NCBI GenBank assembly: GCA_013239625.1
Contig: MU053472.1
Coordinates: forward strand, 2,125,236-2,189,235
Reading direction: 5' to 3'
Length of the DNA: 64,000 nt
From: Lama guanicoe
Taxonomy: Eukaryota
In this document: positions 24,341 to 38,000 of the stretch, one piece after another
Position numbering within the stretch: the first letter of the stretch is position 1
Layout of the letters: the number at the start of each line of letters is the position of its first letter
The notes under the pieces: model-generated
Database searches by the model: none
Told to the model about the DNA's origin: nothing
Seen by the model: the letters and a program-made list of their open reading frames with translations, nothing else
Translations under genes and position numbers: made by a program

Positions 24341-26600
24341 TTTTGTTTTTTAATGATGATTGTTACTGAGTTTTTCTCTGGTCCAGCAGAGAGATCTAGC
24401 AGATGGACCCTGGCAGCAGGAGGCACGTTCTCTGAAGCTGTTTTAGGAGTTGGTTTGGAATCACTTGTCTTTCTCAGTGGTTCAGACCCACCGTAACCCA
24501 ACAGGCTGAGTTCATCTCACACAAAAACCTCTCTGTTCGGCCTTTGCCCTCCCAAGCCACCAAGTGGTGTTAGGAACCCCCATGTATAAGATACTAGAAA
24601 TGAGACACCTCACAGTAGCATCAATCTGAGCCTCAGTGAGACTTTTTTATATAATGACATTTACTATTTCATATCTGATGTCTAGTTTCCTCTTTGGTGA
24701 TCACGATGTTTTGTAATTGTTTGCTTTGCACTTACTAGGTAGAACTTCCCTCATCTAGAGGGGCTGCAATCAACTTGTCTAAGATATGGAGAAGCAGCCA
24801 AAGAAACCTGGAACTCAGAGAAGTGTTGGGACTAGTAGGTCCTCATTCCAGAAAAAAAGAAAAAGAAAAAAACCCCTCTCATGTTAATAGCTTTGACGGC
24901 CAAATTTGTATGGACTCTTTGTATTCAGTCAATTCCACTGGGAATGAGAATGAGGAAAACAGGTAGATTTTGAAACCCAGAAAGAAAGGAAGATGAAATT
25001 CCTGATCAGACCGTAAACTATATGTAGATATAAAATCTATTGTATAATACCATCCATATATGTAGATACAAGGGTTTATTACACTTGATGATGAAATTTA
25101 GAGCACCAGTTTCAGAGATCTTATAAATATGGCGGGGGTGAGGGAGGAAAGCCATTACCCATCTGATGCTTACTTTAATATCCTAGCTACCAGGTTTGAA
25201 TAGCGACCTCTTGGGTAAAATTCTTGAAAATCTCTGGTGTGGGACACTATAGTAGAGAATGAATGGGAGATTGGTAGGCATTATTCCAGGCACTTAAAAC
25301 ATGTGTTTGTGGAGATATATGGTTCTCAGATGTGCCACAAAGTAAGAATTTGTCACAATCCTAATTTGGGTGAAGAGTGAGTAGGAGAAAGCTGTAAAAG
25401 AAGTTATCTCCACTCTCTCTTTCTTTCCAAAGATTAAGTCTGTTAACAACTCCAGCATCATAATTATTTCAAGTGTTGGTGATACAGGAAAGCCGTCGAG
25501 TACAATTTATTCCTGGACAAGAATTTACCAGGAGTCTACCAGATACCCCATCCCACATCCCCGAAAACAGCAAATTCACTGGAGGAATTGGCAGCTGTTG
25601 CAAACCTCTCCACTGGACCGGGCCTCCAAACGTGTAGCAGCCACAATGCTTTCCTTGGACCAGCCTCCAAGCTTTTATTAGCTTTTTGCTGTTTTTCTAG
25701 GTTAAACCCATTGGAAATTGGATTCTCTTTAAAAAGAAGTCTATTTTGGTTGAGAATACAGAGTATGTGGAATAATCAAGTCAGGTAATCTCTAGGGCTT
25801 TCGATCGAGGATTCTCTGCCCATGATACAACATACTTAGCTTTTATTTTTGGTGGAAGTCTAGTCTAAGAAATCGTATGGAAAAAGAAACAAATAATCAC
25901 AACCTTTGGATGATCAGAAATGATGTCTGACTTTTAAATATTTCAGGGAACCTGAGGATTCTGGCTTTGTCCTTTTTGCTTGTTTTAAGTTGACAGGTGT
26001 TTCCAGAAAAACGAGTTATGTTTGTTTAAGGCCAATATTGGAAGCCAGTAAAAAGGCTGGACTTTTTGGCTCTCAGAAACAGTGTGATTTTGGATTTTTC
26101 TCTCTACTACATTAACCACGCATTCCTGACAGAGTACTTAGAGTCCTGGGGAGGATGTAAAATGTCAACACTGAACCAAGATCACAAAATTCCTGGAATC
26201 ATAGCAAACATGTTATTAAGGATCAAACTGAAGATGTGCAAATCAAAGACAATACTTTAAACGTGCTCTCAGCTTTTCGGTTCATCCTAAAAACTCAACT
26301 GCTGCTCCCAGTCCCGGGTAATGGCACCTCCCTCCCTTTCTAGGTACTTCTCCGAAGAGCTCAGAGCACTTTCCAGACATGACTTCATTCACTCTCCCAG
26401 TAAGTAACAGGGCAGGAGTGAGAGAGGGAGTAAGAGCCATTCTCTTTATATTACATAGTGAGGAAATGTGGCTTAGAAAAGAAATTATGCTAGAGTCGCA
26501 TAGGATTATGGGTAGAAGAGTCTGTGTGGCTCTCATGGCCCCTGACTCGCAAAGTCCATAGAATGTGAAAGCTAGCAGAAAACTTAGAGCTTATCTAGGG

Positions 26601-27040
26601 CAGTGGTTCCCAACCTTTTGGATTTTATACAAGTAAAATTTCAATTTTAAGAATTAACTATAAGATTTGCCCAAACAGGACATTAGAAAAACAATACCTG
26701 TCACTTCATGAAAAAAGAGATAATATAACACCTTGAGACCAAAATGTTTGTTAACTAGCTGGTATAAATGGACAAGAATTTTTGGGCTTTAAAACAGAAA
26801 GTAATAGAATTTGGAATAATGGAATTAGAATTAGAAGTGGGTTAGAACATGGTAGGCACCCAAGCTGTGAATTAATATGGTACAAGAATAATCTCAAAAT
26901 AAGTAATAGTCCTTCTCAATAAAGGACTGTTTGCAACTTTGCAACAATACATGCACACAAGCACACTACATAGTCCTAATTTTTCTTGTTTTACCATCAA
27001 AGACCAGCATCAGTACAAGAGTAGACATATAGGAGTTTCA
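26601..27040. mobile_element. hAT-Charlie-type DNA transposon remnant
   Basis: Starts tctaggg|CAGTGGTTCCCAACCTTTT, a Charlie-type TIR after an NTCTAGNN-like target; right end unclear. Confidence 0.45.
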
Positions 27041-27089
27041 CCTAGATCTTCATTTTGTTTATGAGAAATGAAGACCTGGAAAAGGAAAG

Positions 27090-27243
27090 TAGGGCTGCCA
27101 GATAAAATACAGGACACTCGGTTAAATTTGAATCTCATGCAATATTGGGGATATGCTTATACTAAATAATTATTCATTGTTTATCTGAAATTCAGACTTA
27201 ACAGGGTGTCCTGTGTTTTTATTTGTTATATCTGGCAACCCTA
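27090..27243. mobile_element. MER53 palindromic hAT MITE with internal deletion, inserted in a MIR
   Basis: TIRs TAGGGCTGCCAGAT / ATCTGGCAACCCTA; near-identical 8-bp flanks aaggaaag (27082-27089) / aaggaagt (27244-27251). Confidence 0.85.
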
Positions 27244-27466
27244 AAGGAAGTGACTTCTAGTTACCTGACTTGAAGTAACTGTTGCTTAATGGTTGAATTA
27301 GGAGAAATCTGTTTTGATTCTGGTACTTTTTAAACAATACACTGTGCTATCTTTTAATACATCATACTTTTGCCCTAATTCAACACAATTTGTCAACCAT
27401 ACCAATTACTAACATCTGAGTTCTGTTTTTCTTTAAATCTCTAAGTTTCTTCTCTGTCTACATGAG

Positions 27467-28823
27467 CAGTTACCAAACTTTTGGTCTCAGGACCCTTTAC
27501 TCTTAAACATTATTGAGAACCTTAAAGACTTCTTATGTATGTAAGTTATATCCATCAGTATTTACTTTACTAGAAACTAAAACTGAGAAAAAGTTTTATA
27601 TATATATATATATACACACATATATATATCATTAAAAATAATGTCACTATATGTTAATGTAAGTAACATTATTTTTTTTTAAAAATGTATTTTCCAAAAC
27701 AAAAAAAAATTAGCAGGAAGAGTCATAATGGCTTATGTTCTTGCAAATCTCTTTAATGTCTGATTTAATAGAAGACAGGGGATTCTGATGTCTGTTTCTG
27801 CATTTGATCTGTTGTGAAATGTTTTGGTTGAAGTATATAAAGAAAAACAGCCTCATACAGATCCCTGGTTGAAAAAGTGTTTTAAGTAGGATCTGGAGAT
27901 AGTTGTGGCTATTTTTCTTTAATGCTACACCAAAAATTGACAGGTGGTAGTTTCTTAAAGGTTAGTTGCCAGGTAGAATCTGCAAACTTATCAAAGAGAT
28001 TTTTGTACTCTGTTACATTAAAATCATTGATGGATAATTTACCCATGAATGATTTTGTCACATCAGTCACTGGCAATTTAGAAAATATTGGTTCACTGAG
28101 TTTGTAGATCTTCCAAATGTTGACACATTTCATTACACAATATCAAAAAGTTGTACTTGTTAATATCACTATTGATGTGATTAAAAATGTCAAAAATTTT
28201 CCAAAATTCTCTTCCTGCTTGGAAGCTGGACAACAAATACTGTTTTAGTTGTTGAAGTGACCAGCTCCCTTTTTCCATCATTAGGAAATGTCTGCCGAAT
28301 CTGAGTAACCACACTTGTCTGTCAGTAATTTTTTTCAAGTAAAAATAAGGTTCCATTAAAAAAAATAAAGTAGCTAGTTCAACTTGCAACTCAAACAACT
28401 GCGCAATGATCTTCCTGCAGACAGCCATCACACTTTAGTATGTAGCAGAGGTGTTTGGTGCATTTTTTTTGCTATACAGCCTAGTCAAAAAGTCCTGTAC
28501 TTAAGAGTTGAGATTTAATAAAAATTAATAATTTTTACTGCTTCATCAAGGCTTTCTCAAGTGAAACTGGCTGTTTTTATTTGTTGTTGTTGTTTTGTTT
28601 TTCTTTTTGTTTTTGTGTGTGCTGGTGAAGAATGAGATGACTGCTACCATAGTTTGGTATTAGTAGCTTTATCTACCATTGTTTTGAACCATCAGTGCAA
28701 AGATCGACATAGTGAAAAAGATAAATAATGTTTTAGTATTGCTAAGAAAATAGTTTTGCCCTTGTGGACACCCTGAAGGGATCTTGGGAACTTCCAGGGG
28801 TGCGTCCAAGTTGAAGTCCGCTG
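27467..28823 (-). mobile_element. Charlie1a-like hAT DNA transposon (internally deleted, transposase C-terminal remnant)
   Basis: CAG...CTG ends; ORF 27909..28133(-) DSTWQLTFKKLPPVNFWCSIKEK resembles the Charlie/Buster (ZBED5/SCAND3-like) hAT dimerisation region, with broken frames. Confidence 0.85.
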
Positions 28824-29769
28824 CTCTACACCGCCTTTGCGCTGACACACCCACAACCAATTGAAATGCTTAACATGAAACGCCAAGTCCAAAACTCATT
28901 AAGAAAGCCACGCCCTTGGTTCCAACCCATCACCATAGTACATAACCTGCAGGGAAGCCTCTGGAAGTCTTTCTCTTTATTAATTACCAAAAGACAGCTG
29001 TGGTCTACATAGACAAACCTAGACTGTGAACTGTTCCCAGACACATGTTGTTCCTTGGGGTTGGGGTTTCGCTCCTTGGCTCTTCCTTTCCCCAGCTCCT
29101 ACATATTCTTCAGGTTTCAGCTGAGGCCTCACCTCTTCTGGGAAGCATTCTTGCTCCCCCTAAGACTGTATCCCCATAGCGTTCTACTGGCCACCATGAG
29201 AAAGGGTTCGCATGGCCATAGGGAGATGATAACATGATTAAGTATCTCTCATATTTCCAGCATCATGCAGGATCTTACCATTTAATGCTTACAAAACCCT
29301 TGTGAGATAATTCTATAGATGAGGAAATGAAAGTTGAGAGAGGCTGGATAACACGCCTAGCAACAGGAAGAACAGCTGAATCCAAAGCACGTGTTCTCTG
29401 TACTTGATCATGAATTAGCTTTCTGTCACTTAGAGAAATTTGATTTAGTTAAAAATGTTCTCATCTTCATATCATATAAAGGGGTTTAAATCAATAATCT
29501 CTGATTATTTTTAGCATGAAGATTTTTAAAGAACATGAAAAGTTTGTGAATCTTGGCTCTTTTTAGAGCAACTGATCATTTATTTGGCAATCTACATAGA
29601 GATAGTCATATTTTTTTGCACTTTTCTTGAAATCAAAGAGGGCAGAAGAAAAACTGGGATGGAGATGGAGTGGGGGAGGGGCAGAGGCAGGAAAGATGCA
29701 TTCAGTGCATTTGTGGAAATCATCCAATGGCTATAAAATGATACTCAAAGTAAAGTCCTGCTATTAGAA

Positions 29770-30900
29770 AAACCAGGAATAACCACACTTGAAAAATCCA
29801 AGGACATAATTTTGAAGGAAAACAAGATAGAGAAAATTTCCCCACCAAAAATCAAGGTTTATTATAAAGCTCTAGTAATCAAGACACAACAAGTGTAACT
29901 AGAAAGAAAAGATTGATACATTTGACTATTTTAAATATTAAAACTTCACTTTGTCAGATGACACACCACAGAAAAGGTGAAAAGAGAAGACAGGCTAGAA
30001 AAAGATACTTGTAATACATAGAACCAACAAAAGATCAGCGCTCAGGATGTGTTACAAATCTGTATGAAAAAGACAAATATCCCCCCTGCCCCCAAAAGGA
30101 AAAAAGACTTCAGCTTCTATTCCACAGAAGATGAAACATGAGTGACCAATAAACAAATTGATATCGAACCTCATTAAGTGGCCAGGGAAATGAGCCATTT
30201 CACATTCACCAGGTAAAGAAAATTGAAAAGTCTTATAATGCTAAGTATCGATGAGATAGGGAAGCAGAGCCTGCTGGTGGGAGGATAATTTGGTTCAACC
30301 ACTTTGGCAAAAAAAAATTGACAATAAATAGAAAATGTGAATATGCATTTACCTTGGGGATACGTTCTAGAAAAATTCTTGCATGTGTGCACAAGGATGT
30401 TCATAGTAGCAATATTAATAATAGCAAACAGTAACAGTTCAAATGTCCATGGACAGAAGACATATCAATAGATCATAATATAACCCTGCGACGTTACACC
30501 ACACAGCGGTGAGAATGAATGAGTCAGAGCCCCATGGGTCATTGTGGACCGGTCTCAGACACAAAATGTTGAGAGGAAAAAGCAAGTTTCATAAGGATAC
30601 ACATAGTTGGATAGCATGCATATAAAGTTTTTAAAATGGATATTAATACTATATATCGTTTAGGGATACATACATATGTGGTTAAAAAAAAATAAACGGA
30701 AATGCCTAGAAATGATAAACTCCAGATTCCCTCGTTTAGAAGGCTGAAAGAAGGATGCCGCTAAGGAGTGGGATGCATACAGAGGACCTCCATTTTATTG
30801 CTAATATTTCATTTCTTAAGTTAGGCAGTGAATAGAGAGGTGTTTGTTGTTGTTTTTTTTTTTTTTAAACAAGGTTTTGTGTATGTCACAATAAATTTTT
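29770..30900 (+). mobile_element. L1 ORF2 3' end plus 3'UTR (L1ME-like)
   Basis: ttattataaagctctagtaatcaagac; gaaaagattgatacatttgactattttaaatattaaaacttc; ctgctggtgggaggataatttggttcaaccactttgg. Confidence 0.8.
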
Positions 30901-31738
30901 GAAAAACCCAAGGGGAGATGCCTGAAAAAAGTCATTCTTTAGGTATACCAAAGATATATATTTTTTTTTCTAGGCAGCCAAGAACTTTTTTTTCTATATT
31001 CATAATATTGGATTCTAATCATTGGATCACGTTTAAAATTACTCTTAGACAAAATAACACAAAACCTCATTCTCACTAGTTTAGTTTCACATTATGCGCC
31101 TTCTGGATTAAAATAATGCAATGCAGAATCCAGCTTATGTCATACGAGGTCAGGGGAAGAAAAAAATAATGATACCTGGAAAATAGCACAGGGAAACAGA
31201 GCCTGTATGCACACGGTTTATTTGTTCAGGCTTGTAGCAAGGAGTAAGGGAAACATGAAAATACCTTGGTCATAAATTGTCATGTAAAAGACAAAGAGAA
31301 ACTCTGGAATATTATGAAACTATAAATTACTTCTGCTGAAAGGGTAGAATTTGCAGTATCCCCTTAACCGAAGTTTCACCTCCCCACTTTTGACAGAATA
31401 ACTCCTGTTCTTTGGAGAAAAACACATGAAATAAATGTAAAACCCTAGAGGGAAATCATCTAATATGTACACCACCTGCCTAATAAAATGAGAATAAATT
31501 TGGCTTTTTGGCTAAGTAGATTTGCTTATGTTTTAACTTACTTAGAGGCACACGCCACCTAAATTACATACATATTTTTTTATTTCGAAAACCCAACATG
31601 AAGGGACAAAAAATAACTTCATAATATTTAAATGATTTTGCTTTCAAAGCAGACATCATACAATAGAATTTATATTTATAAAATGAATAAGTCACAGTCA
31701 GCTCTTGGGTTAACATGGAACCGTATCTATTTATTAGT

Positions 31739-31814
31739 AATGCTAATGAGATCTCAATAAAGCGGGAGGGAAAAAAGAAGTTCTAAGATTGAAAATGAAA
31801 AATGCTAATGAGAT
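31739..31814 (+). promoter_or_regulatory. Pair of identical octamer/TAATGARAT POU sites
   Basis: AATGCTAATGAGAT at 31739-31752 and 31801-31814, separated by unrelated spacer sequence. Confidence 0.55.
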
Positions 31815-32759
31815 TCTGAAACATGACTGCTGTCTTTCCAGCTCAGTCCTGGGACCTCAAGCCTGCAGTATAGACATCTACTCTTACTCCAGAGATTGCC
31901 AGCGGTTTAGTTCCTGAGCTAATGGCTGCAGGTACCAAACAATGACTTCCCGAAAGTAAACATCTCCACTCTTTAAAAACTCTCTTTCTCTCAAATCCTA
32001 GAAGGTGACAGGCCTCATGAAGAGCTACCTGCAAAATCCTTCCTTTGAAGAAACACCCAAATGAGCCAATCCCCTGTTAAAGGATTTGCTAAAAACAAAG
32101 GTCCAGGAAGCCACGTAAAAATGATTTGTGAGGCTGCTTGATGCCTGACATTTTTTTTTAAACCTTTCTATGCCCCATTTCAAAAAATGCATCTGCAGGC
32201 AAGTGGGCTGCTATTTAAGGCTAAATGCTGGTCTCAGATGTATATTTGAGGCGTCTTTTCAATCTGGAGTTTACTATAGCCAAGATCTAAACCATAAAAA
32301 TGGAGCTGGTAATGAAAACACGGAGAATTTTAACTAGAGTCAGAGCCAGATCCCTACCCTGACTCCTCTGGCACCTTTCACTTACGAGTAGTTACTGCCA
32401 AATGGAGAGTGGGGGTTGCAGAGTGAGTGCCCCTTCACTAGCCAGTATGACCCTCACACTAAAGGGACACTGTAGTGCCTTGGGGCTACTGGTCTATGCA
32501 TTTGTGTTGGTAAGATACGAAGCTAGAACTTCAAACACCCGCTCTGAGGGTGTTGCTTTGGTTCTCGTCTATTCATTGTATTGGATGGTAGAAGCAAATA
32601 TATATTTTCCAACATTCTGTATTCTGTACAGGAGAAAGAGTGGCCAATATCTGAGTGTCAAAATAGGACCTCTTTGGGGTACCAATTAGTAATGATTTTG
32701 ATTATCGGGAAGAAAAATTACAAGAAAAATAATTCAACAAGCATTTCCTACGAATAACA

Positions 32760-33005
32760 GTGGCTATGATTTTTGAGGGTTTACAAGTTAGCCACTCTGC
32801 TTAGTGCTTTTCAGACACTGACTTGTGTAATAATCTTAACGTGCCTCATGATATGACTATGATCCCTGTTTCATGAATGAGGAAACCGAGTCTCTGAGTG
32901 AGTAAATAAAATGACCCAGATCTCTGACTAAGTGGCAAATTTGGGATCTGAATCCACATCTAGTCGAACATTAAATCTCTTTTCCTTACGCTATAATCCT
33001 CCCTC
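32760..33005 (-). mobile_element. MIR SINE
   Basis: ccctgtttcatgaatgaggaaaccgagtctctgag...taagtggcaaatttgggatctgaatcc. Confidence 0.7.
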
Positions 33006-34309
33006 AGAGTTGTTTTGTATGTGGACTACTAAAGATGCTATGAGATCAAAATACTAGGGTATGTTATAACACATCCTGTTCCACTGAATAATGCACTGCA
33101 GGGGTAGGTACCAAACCCCCGTTCTATAGTGGGAACACTGACATTTGAAGCAGTTAGTTATTTAGTCTAACATCACACTGTAAGGAAGAGCTGTGGTCTC
33201 GTCTTGACCCTCTTGACTTCACTGCTCTAAGAAAGTTATAAAATACTCCTTATGTGACTCCTCTTACCCTACTCCTGTGTTTGATCTGACAGCAGTAGTT
33301 TACAAAACCCGTTTTGTTTCCAAACAATGTTAAATAATAGAAGGGGAAAATTACAATTTTTTCCCCCAAAGTCATGTACAAATAAGATGGATAAAAATAC
33401 AAAAAAAAAAAAAAGAAAAAAGAAAGTATGAGCTCTTTTTGGAATTAATTCATTGAAAGAGCCATTACAGTATCTATATCCCTTCCCATCAACCTTCCCA
33501 TCTGGAATTTATTTTTTAGGTGCTCATTGCTTCTCACAGGTTCAATGTTACCCATTTCACACCATTTAACTATTGAAAGCACTTGAAATTCCGGGCCCTA
33601 GAACCAGAGCCGGTGTATTTCCCGGTGATGCAGCTAATGTGTCAGACTTGTAAAATAGCTCTTAGTGGCGGGCCTCCATTTAGAGAAAGACGGAAACTAG
33701 CTTTAAATACTTAGAGCTTTAATATCTAGTCCATTATACTGAAGCAGGGTCTTGTAAAGAGTCAATTATGGGATACTTCTGATTTGATCCACATGCAAGG
33801 GAAATCCGCTGCTTTGCCTTTAAATCCCTGTTGTAAGTGTCTTGTTTAAATAATTAGTGACACTTTTTCTTTGATCAAATTGATTCATATTGTTATTCTT
33901 CTATGCTAATTTAAAACTTAATCCATGTAAAAGTCTAAGGCAGGTTTTAATCTCTCACGAAGAAAGCTTTCCCAAAGAATGCAGTTTTCCAGAAAACATT
34001 TAAATTTTTAAAACACTGTTAATCGATTGAAAATAAGTTAATTTTTCTGTAAGGGAATATGAAAGTCAACCACAAGCAAAGATGGTAATGTTATTTTTTG
34101 TATATAAAGTGATGTATTTCATACACACACACAAACACACAGAGTACATAATACTTGCTTAATAGGATTTTTAGGCATCTAATACCACTGAGACATCTAA
34201 AGGCAATCAAATGTAATCTTAGTTTATGGCTTGGGGGCTAAAACGTTTATGTGTGTTTGTAACGTACTGTCAAAGGGTTAATATCCTGAATATTAAACTT
34301 TATTCATAA

Positions 34310-34950
34310 TCAAAGAATTGATTGGCATAAATAAAAACAAATGCCAGACTTTACTTATTCAATTCATATTTTAAAAAATGACAATACCCAGTGTTGGTCA
34401 GGGCACTGGAAGGCTGGTACTCTCATGAACTGTTGGTGGGTATTAAATAGAAGTTTACTGAAAGGCTTGTAGAAATACATATCAAAGGCCTAGGAAATGT
34501 ACACTGCATCTGATCCAGCAACAACACTGCCAGAAATCTAGGAATCTAGTCCGAGGGAATAAAATCACAAAAAGAATTTACTTATAGAGGTGTTTCAACA
34601 CTGAGAAAAATTGGGAAAAATCTCAAAGTACAACAGAAGATTAATTAAATGCATTGTACTTTTACTCACCATTGTATTCCTAGTATTTACTGAACAAATG
34701 AAGGAATATATATCCTTTTCAAAAGGATATTGCACACAAATATTTTTACGTTAGGGAAGATCGTCGCAATACGCAATGCCATTTCTATTTAAAAATGCAT
34801 ATATGTGAATAAAATAATTTGGCAGTCTATACCTCAAAATATTAATAGTGGATATTTCTGGGTTGTAGGCTCATTTTTATTTTCCTATTTTCCTTCTCTG
34901 AATTTTCTGAATTTTCTAGGGGAAACATGTATTGCTTTTATAATAATGGT
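34310..34950 (+). mobile_element. Ancient L1 3' fragment
   Basis: tgacaatacccagtgttggtcagggc...tactctcatgaactgttggtggg; L1ME-like 3'UTR. Confidence 0.65.
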
Positions 34951-35009
34951 GCCATTTCAAATACTTATCTAAATTTAAAATTATTTATGTAAGAAACATC
35001 TTTTCACGA

Positions 35010-38000
35010 AATTTTAAAAATACATAAGTAGATAGTATAAATATGGAAAAGTTCTTTCTTCCCATCCCCTAGCCCCAATTCTGCTCCCTTCCCAAGATCT
35101 CTTAATAGTTTGGTATATCTTTCTTGACCATTTTCCTGTATACTTGTATCTTCTAAACTTATGTATTTTTTTATTTTTTATTTTATTTATAGATGGCATT
35201 ATACTCCATGAATCCATAGAACCATAGTCTCTACCTAGCTCCAGGAATATTTATGTTATTTCTTTTGTTTTTTTTTTTTTTTGCTATGATAAACAATGAT
35301 TTAATAAACATTCTCACATGTATTTCAACATACATAGGTGCAAGGATTTATCTAGGATAGAAATGAAGAAACTGCAGAGGTAGGTTGATGAGAACTGAAA
35401 ATCACCTTTCAAATGTCACTAGCTCTCAGCGATTCAAACGAGTGCCTATTCCTTACAGTCCTCAATGGTAGATATTATCGATCTTTTTAAAAAAATTTTT
35501 GACAATCAGATGGGCCAAAAAGTGGCATTTCATTGGTACTCATGTTGGCCTTTTCCTAATTACTAGGGCATTTGAACATCTTTTCAGGTGTTAATTAGAC
35601 ATTTTTATTTCTTCTGTCGATGGCCATTGTTCCTCTTGCTTTATAGTTTCTCCAATTGCTCTGCAGTACTGTATATTTTGAATGTTACATTCAATGAATT
35701 TACTAGCCATGCTGCAATTATTTTTCTCCCAGCCACTTTTTTCTTACCTTAAAAAAAATTGAGGTACAGTTATATACGGTAACTGTAAGTTTCAAAAGTT
35801 TTTATAAAAGCCTACACTTATGTAATTTTTTAAAATTTCATGTGTTTCCAGCTGTACAGTTTTCATTTACTGTCCATCTATTTTATGGCTTCTAGGTTTT
35901 TCTTTATGCTTAGGAAGGACTTCTACAGACCAAATTTAGAATATTCATTTATATTTTTTCTGATATTTATTTTTTATTTCAGCTTTCTAATCTGTGTAGA
36001 ATTTAGTTCTGTATTTGATGTGAGATTGGGATATGATTTTGTTTTATTTTTTTAAGTTGACAGCTAATTACCTCAGTGTTATTTTTTCACTCACTTGAAG
36101 TATCATTTTTATCATAAACTAAGTCTCTGTATACGAATGTGTGCTTTTAAGCTCTGCATTTGTTCCATTAGTTTCGTTGCCTATTCTCGCACCAGTGTCA
36201 GAATGTTTTAATTCTTACAGGTTTACAGTGTATTTTCATATCTGAAAAGGCAACCCCTTCTCATGCTTCTGCATCCAACAGTTCTTTTATGGGCTCATTC
36301 AGTTTTTTCTCAATAAATGAGAATCAGCTTGTCAAGTTCCATGAAAAATACTTACTGGGATTTTGATTGGGATTGCATTAAACTTACAGGCAATTTGAGG
36401 AGAACTGACATGTTTACAATGTTGGGTCTGCCAACCAAGAACCTGGCATTTGTTTGAGTTTCATTGAAATTCAGCATTCCACCCTACATAGGTCATATAT
36501 ATTTTTGGCTATGTTTATTCCTAGGAATTTATCTATTACATGCAATTGCTGGGATATAAGAAATCTATTGATTTTTCTAAATTGATCTTTAGTGAGCTAC
36601 TTTGCTAAATTCTCTTATTAGCTTTTAGAGCTGTTGATTTTTCCAAGCAGACTGTCATGTGGTCTGCAAACAGTGACACTTTTGTCTGTTTCCAATATTT
36701 TTTATTTTCATTTCTTTCCCTTTTCATATTGTATTGGCTTTTAGTTATGACATTAAATAGTCGTTGTAGTGGGCAGCCTATCTTGTTCCTGATTTTGAAG
36801 GGAATGCTTACATGTTCACTGGAGATTTCTCAGAAACTTTATCAGGTTAAAGAAGTTTATTTCTATTCCTAATTGACTAAAAATTGTTCTTTTTTCGTTT
36901 GTTTATTGAGGAATGGTGCTGAGTTATATTAAATGTTCTTTTTGGAGGTGGAGACTTTCACAACTACTTTTTTCCCTCTGTAATTCTGATAATTTATTGA
37001 GTATTAAAATATTTTTGCATCAGAGATAAATCTTAACTGGACATAATGCACTTATCTTTTAATATATTACTGGACTTGATTTTTGAATACATTATTTAAA
37101 GTTCTGAATCTTTTGTAGATGACCACATATATCAACGTGTATACTGTCCTTGTTTAGATCTGGTTTCATCCTGGCAGGCTGAGTTAGAAAGCCAAAACTT
37201 CTCTGTGTTCTAGAGCATTTCATCTATCAAAAGAAGTTATTCCTTAAGGCTTTGTAGAATTTATCTGTGAAAAATCTAGGCTTGATGCTTTCTGAGAGGA
37301 AGACTTCTTCCCACTTTAAAAATTTCTTTTATTTTGGATACAGTAAGTTATTTATCTCATGGGGAAGATTTTGTTAAGTTATACTTTTCTAGAAAGTCTC
37401 TCATTTCTTTTAGATTTTCAAATTTTGGGTGTCGAAGTACAACTTTAAATCTTTCCCCACAAGTTTGTGCTTTCTTTTATTCTGGATCAGATTTGCCAAA
37501 GTTTGGTACTATTTATTGGTCTTTAAAAAAAATTCCAATTTTTGGTTTTACTGATTTCTAGTTTGATCTTCCTATTAATTTCTGCTATCCTCTTGATTAA
37601 TTATATTGCCCATTTATGGCTTCTTTTATTATTTCCCCCCCTAGTTCTCTGAGTTGAATGTTAATTCATTTTTTTAATTAAAAAAATTTTTATTAAAGTC
37701 TAGTCAATTTATAATGTGTCAATTTCTGGAGTACAGCATAATGTTTCAGTCATACATATACATACATACATTTGTTTTCATATTCTTTTTCATTATAAGT
37801 TACTACAAAATATTGAATATAGTTCCCTGTGCTATATAGTATAAACTTGTTGTTTCTTAATTCATTTTTAATCTTTATTATTCTCTAATAAATGCAGTTA
37901 AGGCTCTAAAATTTCCTCCAAATATCACTTTGTCTGAATCCACTAGATTTTGATATATTGTGCTTTTATTGGTTTCCATTTCTTAATAGTCTGTGATTTG

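Noticed and set aside
25385..25784. About 99-codon stop-free + frame after a pyrimidine tract, and an adjacent exon-like tag|GTTAAA...CAG|gtaatc segment
   Set aside because: Peptides unrecognised, weak AAG acceptor, and stop-free runs of this length are expected several times by chance in six frames.
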